A stretch of 64,000 nucleotides of DNA. It comes from Candidatus Latescibacterota bacterium. Lineage in GTDB: Bacteria > Latescibacterota > UBA2968 > UBA8231. The notes below the pieces were generated by a model. The model made no database searches and was not told the DNA's origin. It saw only the letters and a list, made by a program, of their open reading frames with translations. This document shows positions 29,068-39,192 of this stretch, one piece after another. Position 1 is the first letter of the stretch, and every line of letters begins with the position of its first letter. The position numbers and the translations under genes are program-made. The DNA is taken from NCBI GenBank assembly GCA_965217585.1, contig OZ244561.1:7008001-7072000 (forward strand), written 5' to 3'.

Positions 29068-31860
29068 ATGGGTACAAAGACGTTTGTCATATCCCTGCTC
29101 GTTCTGAGCGGCATCGCGGCCGGCGGGGACCGGGCCGCGGCCCAGCTTCTGTCCCGGCCCTTGCCGGAGTATTCCAACTACGCCATCGAGGGCTACAGGC
29201 GGATGGGTCGGGAGGCCCACGAACGGCTCACCAACCTGATTTACGACGAGTTCGGGAACCTGCTCATGGACGGAACGGAGATTTACCGGCTGTCCCAGGC
29301 CCACCCTGCCTTCGACGATCCGAGGACGGGCTATAGAGAGGCCGGCAGTGTCTTCCGCAAGGGCGTTCTCTACCACGACTATATGGCCCGGCTGATGGTG
29401 TCCCAGGACACCTACGCCGGCCCCCAGCAGCGGCTGATCATCGGCGACCGGGTCCGGACCCGCTTTACCTCCCTGACCATGGACCTGGCCACCCTCAACG
29501 GGATCCGGTGGGATACGGATCTGCCCCGCCACCAGTTCACCCTAATCGCTTCCCGCGTCGACCGGCCGATCTTCGGTCTGGAGGCGATCTTCGACTATGA
29601 GCCGGCTTACACTGAGCCCATTACCCGGGGGCTGTCCGATCTGGTTCTGACCACTTACCTTTTGGGAGGGCACTGGCACACCCGGGTGGGGATCTTCGAC
29701 CTGGGTGCCACCTATGTCAACCAATTCCGCGTGGATACTCAGGTGGGCTTGCGGCACAACAGCTTCAAAGGGGCCTTGCCGATACGCGAGCCCGGGGGCC
29801 TGGCGCCGGCTGTGCGGCCGTCGTCCATCGAGTACCTGGTGGTCAAGTTCGCCGATGGGACAGACAAGGACGGCGAGGGAGCCCGGGTGTTCGACGTGCG
29901 CATCTTTATCAACGGGGTGCAGCGGGACGACATCCGGCCGCGCATCACCCGGCACGATACAGAGCTCATCAACACCACCTACCCCAACAGGGACCGGTTC
30001 TTCCCCCCAAACCGCTCCATCCCTCCCTACGTGGAGTTGCTCAAAGGGTTCCTGCCCGAGGAGACGGTTCCGTCCGCGGGCTTTCTGGAGGCCAGCCGCA
30101 CCGAGTACCTCCTCTACTGGTTCGAGATGCCCTCTGAGGGCGTCCGGGAAGTCTCCTTCGAGGCGCTGGTAGCCAACGACTACGACATCAGCCTGGCCGA
30201 AGTTTACACCGCCAATCCGCTCGCCTCGCAAAACCAGCCTGAGAGCAGAAACCGCGCCACCTATTTCTACCGGGTGCAGGGGTCGAAGGGTCGCGTTGCC
30301 GACCTGTCCAATCTGCGCTGGGTGCGGTTCAACTACGGCCGCCAGACCGGCGCCAGCGTGGCAGGGCTCAACCTCTCCACCGAGGTACTCGGTTTTCAAC
30401 TGCAGATGGAGTACGCTGGCAACTTTAACTACTGGCAGTACCCCAACTTTGGGGGCAAATACCACGACAGGCGGGCGAGCGCGTATTATGTCAATGTAAA
30501 GAAGAGTTTCCAGGACTTCTCCCTCGGCGGGGAGTATTTCAACATTTCGCCTTACTACACCACCAGGTTGTCCATCCAGAGCGGGCAATTCAACGAATAC
30601 ACCGGACCTTATTTTGGGGAGATCGGCGGCAGCTTTGAGGTCAACTACAACAACACGCTTGAAGTGGATCTGGTGGATGACAACGACGATCGGGATCCCT
30701 TCCCCGATACCCACTTCCTCCCCTCTAAGGGAGACAATAACGGGATCTTTCCCGGCCTGGATGAGGACCAGGACGGCCGGTCCGATACCAATCAGAACAA
30801 CAACAGCCTGCCCGACTATTTCGAGCCCTTCCTGCTCTACGAAGTGGACCCCGACGACTTTGCCTACGGCGATGACATGAACAACAACGGGGTCATCGAC
30901 GTGCGCGAGAACGACGACAAGCCCGACTACCCCTACGATCAGGACTTGCAGGGGTTTCACCTGTTCGGAGGGTTAAATCTGGGGAGGGGATTGACCCTGA
31001 CCCTGGGCCATCTGGACACCCGCCAGATCATCGGCGGTGGCCGCAACCGCGCCACCTATGGGAAGCTGGACTACGTCAGAGACCTCCCTCTTCTGGGCGA
31101 GATCCGTCTGATCGATTTCCTCAAGGGGGTGCGGGACGACATCCAGAACGACGTTTTCCGCTACGGTTTTAACCACACCTTCGGCCCCCTGGGCCCCATC
31201 ATCCCCGTGGGCACCTTCGGGGTGAATCCGGAGGATGTGGTGGGCATTGGAGTGACGGAGTTCGAGGATCCGCGCCGCCTGCGGAACAGCCTGGTCAACA
31301 CCTTCTTTCTCGAGGGGCGGTTGAAGCAGTTACAGAATTTCAACCTCAGATCGAACCTGAAATACGAGGTCAACTTTCAGCGAGAAACCTCCTTCCAGGA
31401 GGACAACAGGATAGGGGTATGGACCTCGGTGGTGGCCGCCGATTACAGGTGGGAGATAAGGGGGTTGAGCATCCGGCCGCAAATGAAGTACATGGTCCAG
31501 CGGCGGAGCGATCAGAAAGAAGTGATGCAGCCCATCTTCGAGACCTTCTTCTACCCGATCCTGAGACTGGACTACAAGCTGACTCCTCAGTCCGTGCTCA
31601 AAGCAGGCGTGCAGGGATTGCCGCCAATTCCCAGCGTCTTCCACGACCTGCACAACGACTCTAGGGATTACCAGTCTGAGGACTATCTCGTCATGCTCTC
31701 CAACACCTCTGTGTACAGCGGCTACGGCCTGAGCTTCAACATGGGGTACCAGCTCAGGAAGCTACAGATGGAGGATAGAAGCCGCAAGGTAGAGGACATC
31801 GACTATTCCCTCTTCTTCATCCGGCTGATCGCCGGCCTGAGACTGTCGGAGGCGCGCTGA
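29068..31860 (+). CDS. Putative outer-membrane beta-barrel protein with Asp/Asn-rich insert (family member 3)
   Basis: Signal peptide AAA-Q; DDNDDRDPFPD..GIFPGLDEDQDG..PDYFEPFLLYEVDPDDFAYGDDMNNNG. Confidence 0.75.
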   Translation: MGTKTFVISLLVLSGIAAGGDRAAAQLLSRPLPEYSNYAIEGYRRMGREAHERLTNLIYDEFGNLLMDGTEIYRLSQAHPAFDDPRTGYREAGSVFRKGVLYHDYMARLMVSQDTYAGPQQRLIIGDRVRTRFTSLTMDLATLNGIRWDTDLPRHQFTLIASRVDRPIFGLEAIFDYEPAYTEPITRGLSDLVLTTYLLGGHWHTRVGIFDLGATYVNQFRVDTQVGLRHNSFKGALPIREPGGLAPAVRPSSIEYLVVKFADGTDKDGEGARVFDVRIFINGVQRDDIRPRITRHDTELINTTYPNRDRFFPPNRSIPPYVELLKGFLPEETVPSAGFLEASRTEYLLYWFEMPSEGVREVSFEALVANDYDISLAEVYTANPLASQNQPESRNRATYFYRVQGSKGRVADLSNLRWVRFNYGRQTGASVAGLNLSTEVLGFQLQMEYAGNFNYWQYPNFGGKYHDRRASAYYVNVKKSFQDFSLGGEYFNISPYYTTRLSIQSGQFNEYTGPYFGEIGGSFEVNYNNTLEVDLVDDNDDRDPFPDTHFLPSKGDNNGIFPGLDEDQDGRSDTNQNNNSLPDYFEPFLLYEVDPDDFAYGDDMNNNGVIDVRENDDKPDYPYDQDLQGFHLFGGLNLGRGLTLTLGHLDTRQIIGGGRNRATYGKLDYVRDLPLLGEIRLIDFLKGVRDDIQNDVFRYGFNHTFGPLGPIIPVGTFGVNPEDVVGIGVTEFEDPRRLRNSLVNTFFLEGRLKQLQNFNLRSNLKYEVNFQRETSFQEDNRIGVWTSVVAADYRWEIRGLSIRPQMKYMVQRRSDQKEVMQPIFETFFYPILRLDYKLTPQSVLKAGVQGLPPIPSVFHDLHNDSRDYQSEDYLVMLSNTSVYSGYGLSFNMGYQLRKLQMEDRSRKVEDIDYSLFFIRLIAGLRLSEAR

Positions 31861-34853
31861 TGAGAGATCGTCTCATTCCCCTCCTGTTGCTCGTCGCCTG
31901 CTGTCTCGGGGTCTGCCCCCGGGCTTGGGCCCAGGAGGAGATCTGGACGAGAAAGCGCCAGGAGAAGGAGGTCCCATCGGTGCCGGCGATCGTGTCCCAT
32001 CAGCCGTTTATCGGGGACTTAGGCGAACGCTACTCCAACTATGCCTTTAGGGGGTACCAGAACTACGACACCTTCGGCGGTCGTCCGCCCTGGATCAATA
32101 TCTACGACCCCCTGGGGAATTTCCTCATCAACGGCCAGCATCTGTATTCGTGGAACCTCCGGCGCTCCGTGGAGGGGGGGACCCGCGACGGAAGCAGTAA
32201 CTACGGCCCTTCCAGCCAGGCTCACATGAATGTTTTCAACGGCATCCTCTCCATCGGGGGAGAGAATCAAAAGGGGTGGGCCGGCCGCTTAATTCTCTCT
32301 CATGCTCCCCTCGGCACCGGTGATCCCGAGCTCGACTTCTTCTCTGAAGGCATCATCACCCGGTTCACGCCCCTCACGTTGAACCAGACCTCCCTCCACG
32401 GTGCCAGAGCAGATGTGCTCACCCCGTTCGGCGATGCGCTCTCCCTCGTCGTCGCCCGCAGGTATAAGTTTTACGACGGAAGGTTGGGGTTCAACAGCGC
32501 GGACTCGGCCCTCCTGCTGGGCGGCCACTACGAGCGGCGCCTGGGCGCCCTCCGGATCGGCGCCACCTACGTCAACCAGCATCTCTTCGACCTCCGCAAC
32601 CCCATCAATTCCCTCAAAGGGGAACTCCACTCCAGCGAGGTCATTCCGGCCCTGCTGGCCGTGCGGATCTCCGACGATTCGCCGCAAGACGGCCGCGGCG
32701 GGCCGGTGGTCTACGGCGTAGAGTTGATCGTCAATGGCCGGCGGAGGCCGGATCTGAGGCCCGATGTGGTGCGCCAGGATCTGGGCAACCGGTTTACCAC
32801 CGTGGGAAAGACCAGCCGGATGACCGGAGAATTTCGGCCGAGTACCTACTTTGATGCGAACATTGGCCGGACCACCGGTCCCTATCGGGGGATGGAGCCC
32901 CCGCTGTTCGCCGACTATCTCTACCGGCGGGACTACGAACGCGATCCGACGGATCAGAACGTGGCCAAGAACGCGGATGTGGAGCGCCTGGTGCGGTTCG
33001 TCGGATGGGAGGATCCGGAGAGCATCCTGCGGGCAGACGGCACAGAATACCTGGTCTACTATTTCAATTTGGAGGGGGAACCCCACGTGCGGTCGGTGGA
33101 AATCGAGGCCACGGTGGGGAATGACTACCGCATAGAGGTCTCGGCCCTGAGTGTGGTAAACCTCGTATCCTCAACCTATGAGGGGCGCTACGATGCGCCC
33201 TTTTACAAGACCATCCGCCGGGCCCCGGGCAATATCCAGGATCTGTCCAACCTGCGCAAGGTGCGCATACCGCTGGGGCCGGATACCGGGCAGTCGGTGT
33301 GGGGGAGCAATATCGCCCTGGATCTGCCGGGCGTGCGGGTGCGGGGCGAGTACGCCCGGAGTATAACCTACCGCCGCTATCCGGATGGAACGCCGGGGGA
33401 GGGGGTGGCCCTGGCCGGGGGAGTATCGGCCCTGCGGGAGTGGAACGGGGTCCGCCATCGGACGCAGGACCGGGCCTGGTATCTCCAGGTCCAGCGGGAG
33501 GTGGACCGCTATGGGATCGGGGCCGAGGTCTTCTCCATGGGGCCTATGTTCAACGAGCGGATGACCCTCCGGCCCGGAGACGTCGCCCTGGCCTACAACC
33601 CGACCCTTGCCTCTCAGAATATCTACTCCAAAACGACCTTCCTGTCTTTCCTGGAGGACAACGACGATAAAGACTCCACCCCCGAGACTATTCTCATGGG
33701 GACCAACGGGGTCCCCGATTTTGCCGTCTTTCCGGGGTGGGATGCCGACAACGATGGGATTCCCGACATAAACCGCAATGCCAACAATGTGCCGGACTAC
33801 CTCGAACCGTTTCTGATCTACCATGTGGACCCCGAAGCCTATGTCTACGGCCCGGATTTCAACAACAACGACCTGGTGGACAGACTGGAGGACGATCGCG
33901 AGGAAGATCTGCCCTACGATCGAGATCTGCAGGGTAGGCACGTCTACGCCCGCTGGCAGGTAGTGCCCCGGCTGGATGTGACCGGGGGCTGGCTGGACTC
34001 GCGCCAGATCGCCGGGGGAGGCCGCAATGACCAGCGCTATATCCGGCTCCGGTATGAGTGGGAGCGGTCGCAGATTGGTGAATTGATAGTGGAAAACGAG
34101 CTCAAGCGGGTCTGGGACGATGTCCCGGACGATGTCTTCAGTTGGGCAGCGGCAGCGGTTGGACGTCCCGGTGGCGGTGGAGCCATTGCCCAGCAACTCA
34201 TCCAATTGGGGGGACGGTTTATCTACCGGCCGCAGTTTGTAACCGATCCTCTCAACTACCGCGACAGCCTGGTCAACCGCTTCTACCTGTCGGCAACCCT
34301 CAACTGGTTGCGGGGCTGGCAAATCGCCACCCGCTTGAAAGTAGCGCGCAACCAGCAGCGCGCCGCGCAGTTTGCCGATGGCACTGAACAGTCCAGGGAT
34401 CGGATCCGCTTATTCGCCTGGGTCCAGCAGGCCGACTACACCTACCAGTGGAGAAGGCTGCAGGTGGTCCCCGCCATAAAGGGGCTGTGGCTCAAGCAGA
34501 CGCGGCAGCGGATCGATCTGCCGCTGATCTATACCCGGACCCTGATCCCCTTGATCACCACCCGCGTCCGTCTCTCGGAGGTGACCGAACTGAAGGCCGG
34601 GATCCAGGGCCCGCCGGGCTGGTGGTATCGGGTGACGGATCTGGCGGACCCCCGCAACAGCTTCGCGGAGCAGACGATCACGGTGGTCCTCTCTAACCTG
34701 ACCCCCTACAGGGGCTATCGACTTTCCACCAACCTGGGCATCACCAACACCAAACGCCGGTTTAAGGATCCCTTCAGGTCTCTGGAAGACTTCGATACCA
34801 CGTCCCTGGTCTTGCGGGTTATATTGGGCAATGAGGTGAGCACGCTCTACTGA
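31860..34853 (+). CDS. Putative outer-membrane beta-barrel protein with Asp/Asn-rich insert (family member 4)
   Basis: TGATG coupling; signal peptide AWA-Q; EDNDDKDSTPE..VFPGWDADNDG..PDYLEPFLIYHVDPEAYVYGPDFNNND. Confidence 0.75.
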   Translation: MRDRLIPLLLLVACCLGVCPRAWAQEEIWTRKRQEKEVPSVPAIVSHQPFIGDLGERYSNYAFRGYQNYDTFGGRPPWINIYDPLGNFLINGQHLYSWNLRRSVEGGTRDGSSNYGPSSQAHMNVFNGILSIGGENQKGWAGRLILSHAPLGTGDPELDFFSEGIITRFTPLTLNQTSLHGARADVLTPFGDALSLVVARRYKFYDGRLGFNSADSALLLGGHYERRLGALRIGATYVNQHLFDLRNPINSLKGELHSSEVIPALLAVRISDDSPQDGRGGPVVYGVELIVNGRRRPDLRPDVVRQDLGNRFTTVGKTSRMTGEFRPSTYFDANIGRTTGPYRGMEPPLFADYLYRRDYERDPTDQNVAKNADVERLVRFVGWEDPESILRADGTEYLVYYFNLEGEPHVRSVEIEATVGNDYRIEVSALSVVNLVSSTYEGRYDAPFYKTIRRAPGNIQDLSNLRKVRIPLGPDTGQSVWGSNIALDLPGVRVRGEYARSITYRRYPDGTPGEGVALAGGVSALREWNGVRHRTQDRAWYLQVQREVDRYGIGAEVFSMGPMFNERMTLRPGDVALAYNPTLASQNIYSKTTFLSFLEDNDDKDSTPETILMGTNGVPDFAVFPGWDADNDGIPDINRNANNVPDYLEPFLIYHVDPEAYVYGPDFNNNDLVDRLEDDREEDLPYDRDLQGRHVYARWQVVPRLDVTGGWLDSRQIAGGGRNDQRYIRLRYEWERSQIGELIVENELKRVWDDVPDDVFSWAAAAVGRPGGGGAIAQQLIQLGGRFIYRPQFVTDPLNYRDSLVNRFYLSATLNWLRGWQIATRLKVARNQQRAAQFADGTEQSRDRIRLFAWVQQADYTYQWRRLQVVPAIKGLWLKQTRQRIDLPLIYTRTLIPLITTRVRLSEVTELKAGIQGPPGWWYRVTDLADPRNSFAEQTITVVLSNLTPYRGYRLSTNLGITNTKRRFKDPFRSLEDFDTTSLVLRVILGNEVSTLY

Positions 34854-34875
34854 AATAATAAAGGGGCTCCTTGTT

Positions 34876-37800
34876 ATGACGCTCGTATTGACTATGCTCA
34901 CTCTTAGCCTGGCGGTCGCTCTCGGCACCCGGGTCACCCCGACGACCGAGAGCCTCAGGGCCGCATTTGAAGAGGCGCAGCGGTTCTATGCCCTGGAGGC
35001 CTACGACCAGGCTTTGGAGCAGTACGAGAAGGTGACCCGGATAACCAGCCGTTTCCTCGCCACCGAGCAGGTCCTGGTCACTGTGGGGGAGATAACCACA
35101 CCGGTGAAGGAGGCGGCCCTCTATCAATCGGGCAACGCCTATTTCAAGATGGCCGAGGAGGTGTTCCGCAAGGCCAGGAGGGCCGATACCGAAGTCGAGC
35201 GCGCCAAGTACACCCGCCAGGCCCGGGCCTTCCTCGAGCGGGCGGTTTCCTTCTTCTCCCGGGTGGAATCCGAAGCCGCTGTGGAAGCGTTGAGGGCCTT
35301 GGCCCAGAACAGGGTGAGAGCCTGCTGGTACGAAGCCAGAGACCACGAGCGCACCGTAGCTGTCGGACGCAAGCTAATCGAGAAGTACCCCGATTCCCCG
35401 TTCGTGGTCAATGCCATGTACGACATCGCCTGGTCCTACTTCAATCACCAGGACTACGAGGCGAGCATCCGGGCTTTTAAGGCCCTGATCGAACGCTTCC
35501 CCAAACGCTACCAGGCGGATCGCGCCCTGTTCCAGATCGGCGAGTGTCACTATCTGCAGGGGGACTACGAAAAGGCCGTGGACTACTACCAGCAGGTGGT
35601 GGATCGGACCAATATCTATGCGCTTACCGAGCGCGACCTTTTGCAGATGCGGCGGGAAAAACTGGCCGGTCTGGTGGGTGAGACCGCCCTGGAATTAGCT
35701 GTCAAGGCGCAGTTCAAGATCGGCGATTGTCATCTGGAGCTGGAGCGCTTTGACGAGGCCGCAGAAGCCTACCAGCGGGTCGTCGTCCTGTTCTCGCACG
35801 AGCGGCGCTTCACCGAAGAGGCCTATCGCCGCCTGGCGGAGCTGCACTACCAGAAGGGGGATTTCGACCAGGCGATTCAGATCTATCGGGACGCCATCGA
35901 CAAGGTGCGCAACCCGCTCTTTCAGGCCAAGATGCAATCCCTGCTGGCCAAGCGCTATCACGACAGCGGCTACTTCGATGAGGCGCTGCGGGAGTACGAG
36001 CTCTACATCAAGGCCTACGACGAGGTGGCTGACCGCGCTGGACTCCCTCTGGCTGAAGCCTATTACAACATGGGCAGGGTCTATTACGACAAGGGACTCG
36101 AATATGTCGAGGAAGAGCGGGTGGAGGAGGCTCGGGAGTTCTTCCGCCAGGCCATCGCCCAGTACAGGGCCACGATGGAAGCGTTCCCGACTACCCGTCT
36201 CCGGGTGGCGCTCCTGTTCAACATCGCGCTCAGTCAGCAGTTCACGGGGAGCGAGGTATCCCTGAATGAGGCGCTCGAAGGGTTCGACCGTATTGTCCAG
36301 GATTACCCCGACGATCCCTTCGCCGAGGGCGCTCTTTTTCAGATCGCGCGGATCCACTACCAGCGGAGGGATTATACCCGGAGCGCGGAGAGGTATGAGG
36401 AGCTGGTGCGCAGATTTCCCGATTCGCCGCAGGCACCTATGGCTCATTTCGAACTGGGTATCTGCCGTCGAGACCAGGGAAGAGCGGATCCGGCTCTCCA
36501 GGAATTCCTGAAAGTGCCCGCAACCTCTCCTCTCTTCCACAACGCCCGGCTGGAAGTTGGCGAACTGCTCATACGCAAGAACGCCTTCGATCGGGCTGTG
36601 CAGCTCCTCGACGAGGGCCTGGCAACCGCTGAGACACCAGCAGATCGGACCCGCTACGCCTATCTGAAGGGCAAAGCCTTCATGGGTCGGGAGGACTACG
36701 AACGGGCGATTCAGGCTTTTACCGAGGTCATTGACCGGACAACAGACCCCAGGCTGCTGGAGAGCTCCCTCTACGCCAGGGGGAACGCCTTGCTGAGTCT
36801 GGAACGCTACACCGAAGCAGACTGGGATCTGGAACGGCTCCTCAACCAGACAGACAACCCCAGGCTGCAAAATGGCGCTCGTCGCATGTTGGGGAAATCC
36901 CGGATCCGCCAGCATCGGGAATGGGAGGCGATCGAGAGCTACGAAGCCCTGGCAGCGCAAACGACGGATCTGGAGGAAAAGGCAGACTACCTCCTCCTCC
37001 TGGCCGAACTCTACCACGGCCTCGAGCACTACGCCCGGGTGATCGAGATCGGCCGGGAGATTGTGGAACTGGAGATCCAGGACGAGATGGTCCAGGGGAA
37101 CTACTACGTCAAGGAGAAGGCCTTCTTTCTCCTCGGCAATGCCTACAACCGACGCGAGGACTACCCATCGGTCGTGGAGACCTACACCGAGTCCATTCGC
37201 CGCTACCCCCACTCGACCTACTTGCCGCACATGGTCTTTTCCTCAGGACTCGCTTCCATGCTCATCGCTGAGGAAGAGGCGGCCGCCTCCTGGTTCGAGC
37301 GCTTTCTGGACCGGCATCCCGACCATCCCAACGTGCCCTATGCCCTCTACTACCTGGGCTATGTCCGCTTCAATCAGACCGCCTTCGAGCAAGCCCTGGA
37401 GGCCTTTGACCGGCTGGTAGCGCAATTTCCGCACAACGAACTGGTCAGCGATGCCCGGTTTAGATCCGGGGAATGTGCTTTCAATCTCGGACAGTTTCAG
37501 CAGGCCCTGAATGCTTACCTCGAAGTGGTGGAGCGCTGGCCCCACTCCGAACAGGCCGATGAGGCGCTCTACAATGGCGCCTGGGCCTTGCTGGAACGGG
37601 AGCGCGGCGAGGAGGCCGTGGCACACGTTCGCCGCCTGCTCGAAGCGTATCCCGAAAGCCCATTGTGCCCCAATGCCCTTTTCACCATCGCCGATTATCA
37701 CTACAACGAGGGGCAGTACAAGGAAGCTCTGAGAACCTACGAGGCATTCCTGGAGAAGTATCCAGACAATGAGCTAGCCGCAAAGATTCCCGAGTTCATC

Positions 37801-38124
37801 CAGGATCTCAAGGAAACGGTTGCGTTTGTAGAATATCAAAAGGCAGCAAAGGGTTTTCCAGAAGCCTTGGCTGGCCAGAACAGACAGGCCCTCGCCCGAT
37901 TCATCCCCCGATTGCAGGAGGTGGTAACGGCCTATCAGGAGACGGAGAGCGGGATTGGCGCGCTGAACAATATGGGCATCGCCTATGAATCGCTCAATAA
38001 GTGGAAAGAAGCTGTGGCGGTTTACGACCAGGTCATTGCCAGAAGTAAAAGCGAGGCCGTTAGCCCTGAGGCCTATCGATTTGCCCAACAGCACAGGGAC
38101 TGGATCGTCGCCTACCGTCTCTAA
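34876..38124 (+). CDS. Large exported tetratricopeptide-repeat protein (1082 aa, BamD/CpoB-like repeats)
   Basis: N-terminal hydrophobic segment; many helical repeats with [YF]P-x-S/H turns (KYPDSP, RFPDSP, AYPESP) and ALFQIG/ALYYLG motifs. Confidence 0.88.
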   Translation: MTLVLTMLTLSLAVALGTRVTPTTESLRAAFEEAQRFYALEAYDQALEQYEKVTRITSRFLATEQVLVTVGEITTPVKEAALYQSGNAYFKMAEEVFRKARRADTEVERAKYTRQARAFLERAVSFFSRVESEAAVEALRALAQNRVRACWYEARDHERTVAVGRKLIEKYPDSPFVVNAMYDIAWSYFNHQDYEASIRAFKALIERFPKRYQADRALFQIGECHYLQGDYEKAVDYYQQVVDRTNIYALTERDLLQMRREKLAGLVGETALELAVKAQFKIGDCHLELERFDEAAEAYQRVVVLFSHERRFTEEAYRRLAELHYQKGDFDQAIQIYRDAIDKVRNPLFQAKMQSLLAKRYHDSGYFDEALREYELYIKAYDEVADRAGLPLAEAYYNMGRVYYDKGLEYVEEERVEEAREFFRQAIAQYRATMEAFPTTRLRVALLFNIALSQQFTGSEVSLNEALEGFDRIVQDYPDDPFAEGALFQIARIHYQRRDYTRSAERYEELVRRFPDSPQAPMAHFELGICRRDQGRADPALQEFLKVPATSPLFHNARLEVGELLIRKNAFDRAVQLLDEGLATAETPADRTRYAYLKGKAFMGREDYERAIQAFTEVIDRTTDPRLLESSLYARGNALLSLERYTEADWDLERLLNQTDNPRLQNGARRMLGKSRIRQHREWEAIESYEALAAQTTDLEEKADYLLLLAELYHGLEHYARVIEIGREIVELEIQDEMVQGNYYVKEKAFFLLGNAYNRREDYPSVVETYTESIRRYPHSTYLPHMVFSSGLASMLIAEEEAAASWFERFLDRHPDHPNVPYALYYLGYVRFNQTAFEQALEAFDRLVAQFPHNELVSDARFRSGECAFNLGQFQQALNAYLEVVERWPHSEQADEALYNGAWALLERERGEEAVAHVRRLLEAYPESPLCPNALFTIADYHYNEGQYKEALRTYEAFLEKYPDNELAAKIPEFIQDLKETVAFVEYQKAAKGFPEALAGQNRQALARFIPRLQEVVTAYQETESGIGALNNMGIAYESLNKWKEAVAVYDQVIARSKSEAVSPEAYRFAQQHRDWIVAYRL

Positions 38125-38147
38125 ATCGACCATTGAGAGGATATGCT

Positions 38148-38678
38148 ATGAAGTGTACGCTCTGGACAGGGTTTCTGGTCTGGTTTCTCCTCAGCCCTCC
38201 GCAGGTTCGCGGGCAGGACGAGATGTTCGCCGAGGAATTGCGGGTATCGAAGAGAAAGGCGGTCTTCCTGTCCGCCCTTTTCCCCGGACTCGGGCAGATG
38301 GCCTCCGGACACAAGGTGAAGGGAGGGGCTTTGTTCTTCTCAGAATTACTCGCCCTGATCGTGGCCGTGGACGCTCACGAGGAATACAATACCCGCCTGA
38401 ACGTGTACGAGGAGTCCCTGGCCACGTACGAGGCGATGCGCGTGGGCGGCAACCACGGGGACGCCGAGGAGCAGTGGCAGGAGTTGAACAGCATAAAGAA
38501 AGATCTGGACGACCTCCACAACCGCCGGCTGGCTTTCGCCTATCCGGCCATTGGCATCTACATCGCCAGTCTCATCGATATCGCCCTGTTGCGAGAGGAG
38601 GGGACGGCCAGGAAGAAAGGCGTGGAGGCCGCTTTTATAAACGGTGCTCCCGGAGTCGTGGTATGGAAAAAATTCTGA
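38148..38678 (+). CDS. DUF5683-like exported/membrane protein
   Basis: Signal peptide; KAVFLSALFPGLGQ and IYIASLID motifs. Confidence 0.7.
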   Translation: MKCTLWTGFLVWFLLSPPQVRGQDEMFAEELRVSKRKAVFLSALFPGLGQMASGHKVKGGALFFSELLALIVAVDAHEEYNTRLNVYEESLATYEAMRVGGNHGDAEEQWQELNSIKKDLDDLHNRRLAFAYPAIGIYIASLIDIALLREEGTARKKGVEAAFINGAPGVVVWKKF

Positions 38679-38731
38679 GCCCGAGACGCTCGGGGAGACT
38701 CGAAGTGTATCGTAGAGAATTAGGGAGAGTT

Positions 38732-39139
38732 ATGGAACGCCTGGGGAGTAGCATTAGTCGGAGGATGCTGGGAGTCCTGTTCATCCTCGTCCTGGGTGTC
38801 CTCGCTTGCAGCAAGGAGCACAAATCCCCTGTTTCCTTTCACAGGGGCTTACTGCAGGCTCCCCGAAGTCTCGAATCCGAGTTCGGGGATGAAAAGAGAA
38901 TCATTCTTACGTGGACCATGGATTCTCTCGCCAATGTGGCGGGCTATGTAGTCTCCATGTCCGATACTACAGGCCTCCTCAAAGAGGTCCGGGTGGACAC
39001 TACAGCCTACGTAGAAGAGTCTGACCTCACCGATGCTACCCTGGTGGATTCGCTCTGGTACTTCTTCCAGGTCAGCGCCATAGACACCAACCTCTTCCGG
39101 GGGCCTCCCTCACTTATCGATTCAGTCCTGGTCCCTTAG
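38732..39139 (+). CDS. Lipoprotein with fibronectin-III-like domain
   Basis: Lipobox VLAC; APRSL..IILTW..VAGYVV..YFFQVSAID..GPPS FN3 pattern. The ORF-track start at 37985 is an over-extension. Confidence 0.72.
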   Translation: MERLGSSISRRMLGVLFILVLGVLACSKEHKSPVSFHRGLLQAPRSLESEFGDEKRIILTWTMDSLANVAGYVVSMSDTTGLLKEVRVDTTAYVEESDLTDATLVDSLWYFFQVSAIDTNLFRGPPSLIDSVLVP

Positions 39140-39192
39140 GGAGAATTATCGTTTGCGGTGATGTGCTATCCCCTAAAAAAATGAGGATATAC

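Noticed and set aside
10284-37230. Long antisense ORFs (10284..11654 +, 25082..26119 -, 29542..30960 -, 33171..34322 -, 35695..37230 -)
   Set aside because: They are shadow frames of well-supported genes in GC-rich DNA, with no motifs or RBS.
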